Assembly: GCF_046119375.1 (NCBI RefSeq) | Contig: NW_027362762.1 | Coordinates: 109,802,001 to 109,866,000, forward strand | Length of the DNA: 64,000 nt | Direction: 5' to 3' | From: Phyllobates terribilis | Taxonomy: Eukaryota | Shown here: positions 59,415 to 64,000 of the stretch, piece by piece | Layout: every line of letters starts with the position of its first letter | Numbering within the stretch: the stretch's first letter is position 1 | Notes under the pieces: model-generated | What the model was told of the DNA's origin: nothing | Seen by the model: the letters and a program-made list of their open reading frames with translations, nothing else | Databases searched by the model: none | Made by a program: the position numbers and the translations under genes

Positions 59415-61869
59415 CAGGGGTGGATTAAGAGTAGCAAGGGGCCCAGGCAGTTTAGAAGCCCCCCCCCACACACACACCTGATTTATCACGTGACATGTCA
59501 CATGATCCCCTGTGATAGATCATGTGATGGTTCACGTGAAATTAATTTGGCACAATATTAATTATAATATTTTTTTTTAGGCTGTGTGTCCACTATGCGT
59601 TTTTTAAGCGTTTCCGCAGCGGCAATTCCGCTGCAGAAACGCTTAAAAAACGCTTGGTAGAAGGTCTGCCATGTTCCCCAATGATAATCCGCATGTTCTG
59701 TGTACGTGCTGCGGAAATTTCCGCTGCTGATTATCATTGCGGAAAAATCCGCAGCATTACCAATTATTTTGCGGAAGCGCGGCGTTTTTGCCGCCATTGA
59801 CTTGCATTAGAACGCATGGAATCCGCATCCCTGCATCTGTAGATGCGGAATCCATGCGTTTCAATGTGCGGATGGTACCCGGGTGTGGAGGACAGGAGAC
59901 TCTCCTCCGGACCTGGGTACCATAGAACTTGTAAAAAAAAGAATAAAATAAAAAATAAATATTATACTTACCTTCTGATGGCCCCCGGTGTCTTTATCCG
60001 ATGCGTCCTGGCTTGCCGGCAGCTCGCGATGGTCTGAAAAGGACCTGCCGTGACGTCATTTAGTCATGTGACGGGTCACGCGACCGCTGACGTCGGCAGG
60101 CCATCAGAAGGTAAGTATATATTTTTTATTTTTTACTATTATTTTACGGTCACATTATATAAATCCATGCTGGTTGCATGGATTTATATAGTGTAACCAA
60201 GTTGTCAAGCACTTTCCAAGTGATGCTAAATTCGCTTGGAAAGCGCTTGTCAACCCGCATGCGGAAATGCAAGTGAAGAACGCTTCACATCCGCATGTCC
60301 CTGGCAGGAAAACGCATGTACAATCCGCATGTACAATCCGCATGTAAAATCCGCATGCGTTTTTTCTGCCAGGGAGATGCAGAAACGCTCAAAAAAAATC
60401 CGGAACATTTCTGTATCGTGGGCACACAGCCTTACATTAATTGTATGACTCAATATTGAGCACACGTAGCCATCTATACACAGCGGGAGGCTGCACATAG
60501 CCATCTATACACAGCGGGAGGCCGCACGTAGCCATCTATACACAGCGGGAGGCCGCACGTAGCCATCTATACACAACGGGAGGCCGCACGTAGCCATCTA
60601 TACACAGCGGGAGGCCGCATGTAGCCATCTATACACAACGGGAGGCCGCACGTAGCCATCTATACACAGCGGGAGGCCGCATGGCGCCCCCCCCCGAGAC
60701 AGCAGGAGGCCGCACGGCGCCATCTATACTCAGCAGGAGGCCGCACGTAGCCATCTATACACAACAGGAGGCCGCACGGCGCCATCTATACACAGCAGGG
60801 GGCCGCACGGCGCCATCTATACACAGCAGGGGGCCGCACGGCGCCATCTATACACAGCAGGAGGCCGCACGGCGCCATCTATACACAGCAGGAGGCCGCA
60901 CGGCGCCATATACACACAGCAGGGGGCCGCACGGCGCCATCTATACACAGCAGGGGGCCGCACATCGCCATCTATACACAGCAGGGGGCCACACGGCGCC
61001 ATCTATACACAGCAGAGGGCCGCACGGCGCCATCTATACACAGCAGGGGGCCGCACGGCGCCATCTATACACAGCAGGGGGCCGCACGGCGCCATCTATA
61101 CACAGCAGAGGGCCGCACGGCACCATCTATACACAGCAGGGGGCCGCACGGCGCCATCTATACACAGCAGGGGGCCGCACGGCGCCATCTATACACAGCA
61201 GGGGGCCGCACGGCGCCATCTATACACAGCGGGAGGCCGCACGCCGCCATCTATACATAGTGAGAGGCCTCACGGCGCCCCCCCAGAGACAGCAGGAGGC
61301 CGCACGGCGCCAACTATACTCAGCAGGAGGCCGCACGAAGTCACGCATGCAGTCACGCACACACAAACATATACAGACATATACATACACGCATAAACAC
61401 CTTTGAAACACAAAAATACATATAAACAGACATCACACAATGATATCTGCCTACACACACACACACACACACATACACAGACTCACCATCCCCCGGCTCC
61501 ATTCCTCCTGCCTGCTCTGACTTCTCCGTTGCAGCAGTGCAGGCCGGGCGCGCACTGCGTGACGTCACAGCTAGGAGACACGGCCGCGCACAGGGCCGTG
61601 TCTCCTAGCAGTGACGCGGCCGGGCCAGCACAGGGAAGTTAACTGCTGCAGTGCTGGCCCGGCCAATGAAGATGTAGCGGCCGTGCGCCGCTGCTGGGGG
61701 AGCGGTCCGGGGCCCCCCTTCCCGCCACTGCTACCGGTATGTGCCGCGGCGGCCCGCACATATAATGAGGGCAATCCGGCATTAGACACCCCGCCCGGAG
61801 CCGTGGGCCCCCTGCAGGCTCGGGGCCCCGGGCGGTAGCCCGGATTGCCCTCATTATAATCCGCCTATG
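59415..61869. mobile_element. Non-autonomous hAT with nested Harbinger-like MITE (59580-60431) and 31-bp minisatellite (60470-61330)
   Basis: Ends CAGGGGTGGATTA / TAATCCGCCTATG; perfect 8-bp TSD GGCAGGAT (59407-59414, 61870-61877); inner TTA|GGCTGTGTG..CACACAGCC|TTA. Confidence 0.85.
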
Positions 61870-62169
61870 GGCAGGATGAAGACATGGGGGCAGAATGGAG
61901 ACAAATGAAGACAAATGTGGGCAGGATGGAGACATGGGGCCAGGATGGAGACATTGGGCCAGGATGGAGACATGGGACCAGGATGTGGGACATTATTACT
62001 GTAGGGTCTAATTAAAGGATGTTATAACTGCTGTGATGTATTTTATTTTTGAGGATACTGTTTTCAGTGGGGGGGCGGGGGACCTGTTACTGTGCAGGGC
62101 GGCACTATGTCGCTTTTTTTTTTTCATCTGGTGAGTATTCTTTTTGTGTTTATTTTTATTTTTCCTATG

Positions 62170-64000
62170 GGGGGGAGTATGCTACAGACTCTGCTACAGA
62201 TTCTGCCTATGGGGGGGGGGGTTACGCTACAGACTTTGCCTATGAGGGGGGAGGTTATACTACAGACTCTGTTTATGGGGGGGATTATACTACAGACTTT
62301 GCCTATGGGGGGATTATACTACAGACTCTTCCTATGGGGGGGATTATGCTACAGACTCTGCCTATGGGGGAAATTATGCTACAGACTCTGCCTATGGGGG
62401 GATTATGCTACAGACTCTGCCTATGGTGGGATTATATTACAGACTTTGCCTATGGGGGGATTATACTACAGACACTGCCTATGGGGGGGATTATACTACA
62501 GACTCTGCCTATGGGGGGATTATGCTACAGACTCTGCCTATGGGGAAAATTATGCTACAGACTCTGCCTATGGGGGGGGGGGTTATGCTACAGACTCTGC
62601 CTATGGTGGGATTATATTACAGACTTTGCCTATGGGGGGGGATTATACTACAGACTCTGCCTATGGTGGGATTATATTACAGACTCTGCCTATGGGGATT
62701 ATACTACAGACTCTGCCTATTGGGGGGATTATATTACAGACTCTGCCTATAGGGGGATTATACTACAACTCTGCCTACGGGGGTGAGGATTATACTACAG
62801 ACTCTGCCTATGGGGGGGATTATTATTCTTATTATTTATTATTATAGCGCCATTTATTCCATGGCGCTTTACAAAAAAAGGGGTATGCATAGCAAAAACA
62901 ATTACAATAATCTTGAACAAAACGTAACGGCCACTGGTACAGGAGGAGCGAGGACCCTGCCCGCGAGGGCTCACAACCTGCAAGACTACAGACTCTGTCT
63001 ATGGGGGGATTATACTACAGACTGTGCCTTTAGAGGGATTATGATACAGACTCTGCATATGGGGGAGGGGATTATACTACAGACTCTGCCTATGGGGGGA
63101 ATTATACTACAGACTCTGCCTATGGGGGGGGGATAATACTACAGACTCTGCCTATGGGGGGGGTTATACTACAGACTCTGCCTGTGGGGGGATTATACTA
63201 CAGACTCTGCCTATGTGGGGTGATTATACTACAGACTCTACCTAAGGGGGGGGGGATTATACTACAGACTCTACCTAAGGGGGGGGGGGATTATACTACA
63301 GACTCTACCTATGGGGGGGGATTATACTACAGACTCTACCTATGGGGGGGATTATACTACAGACTCTGCCTAAGGGGGGGGAGGATTATACTACAGACTC
63401 TACCTATGGGGGGGGATTATACTACAGACTCTGCCTATTGGGGGAGATTATACTACAGACTCTGCCTGTGGGGGGATTATACTACAGACTCTGCCTATGT
63501 GGGGTGATTATACTACAGACTCTGCCTATGGGGGGGAGGATTATACTACAGACTCTACCTAAGGGGGGGAGGATTATACTACAGACTCTGCCTAAGGGGG
63601 GGGAGGATTATACTACAGACTCTACCTATGGGGGGGATTATACTACAGACTCTGCCTATTGGGGGGAGGATTATACTACAGACTCTGCCTATGGGGGGAT
63701 TATAGTACAGACTCTGCCTATGGGGGGATTATAGTACAGACTCTGCCTATGGGGGGATTATACTACAGACTCTGCCTATGGGGGATTATACCACAGACTC
63801 TGCCTATGGGGGGGGAATTATACTACAGACTCTGCCTATGGGGGGGTGATTATACTACAGACTCTGCCTAAGGGGGAAGGGGGGGAGGATTATACTACAG
63901 ACTCTGCCTATGGGGGGGGGAGGATTATGCTACAGATTCTGCCTATGGGGGGGGGATTATACTACAGACTCTGCCTATGGGGGGAGGATTATACTACAGA
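62170..64000. repeat. ~30-bp minisatellite with variable G-run (gattatactacagactctgcctat(G)n), runs off the window end
   Basis: Directly visible; interrupted at ~62820-62980. Confidence 0.95.

Overview
Repeat-dense vertebrate genomic DNA, most likely an anuran amphibian (inferred from the T2-type MITEs, minisatellite-bearing hAT elements and Tc1 families; no species call is possible). The only host protein gene recognised is the 3' part of uspl1 (SUMO isopeptidase USPL1): four + strand coding exons at 3276-9454. Two intact tRNA genes (Val-AAC, Asn-GTT) lie on the - strand beside a 136-N assembly gap. The rest is largely transposons and tandem arrays. (1) A decayed IR/DR Tc1 sits in a uspl1 intron. 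(2) A young 4.9-kb LTR element (17577-22464) has ~1.17-kb LTRs, a 4-bp TSD, a perfect tRNA-Ser PBS and a PPT. It has no pol, but carries one ~633-aa ORF ending in a cold-shock domain; this is the most unusual object in the window. (3) An 11.5-kb hAT (22565-34026) has an intact 1130-aa BED-finger transposase and ~6 kb of repeat cargo. Elements 2 and 3 both landed inside the same small palindromic T2-type MITE. (4) A minimal hammerhead ribozyme occurs in a Penelope/retrozyme-like repeat (~35590-35890). (5) Non-autonomous hATs are nested three deep (37593-46347). (6) A piggyBac-like element carries telomere-like repeats. The many very long ORFs in the track over 13-15 kb, 47-51 kb, 56-57 kb etc. 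are minisatellite artefacts.
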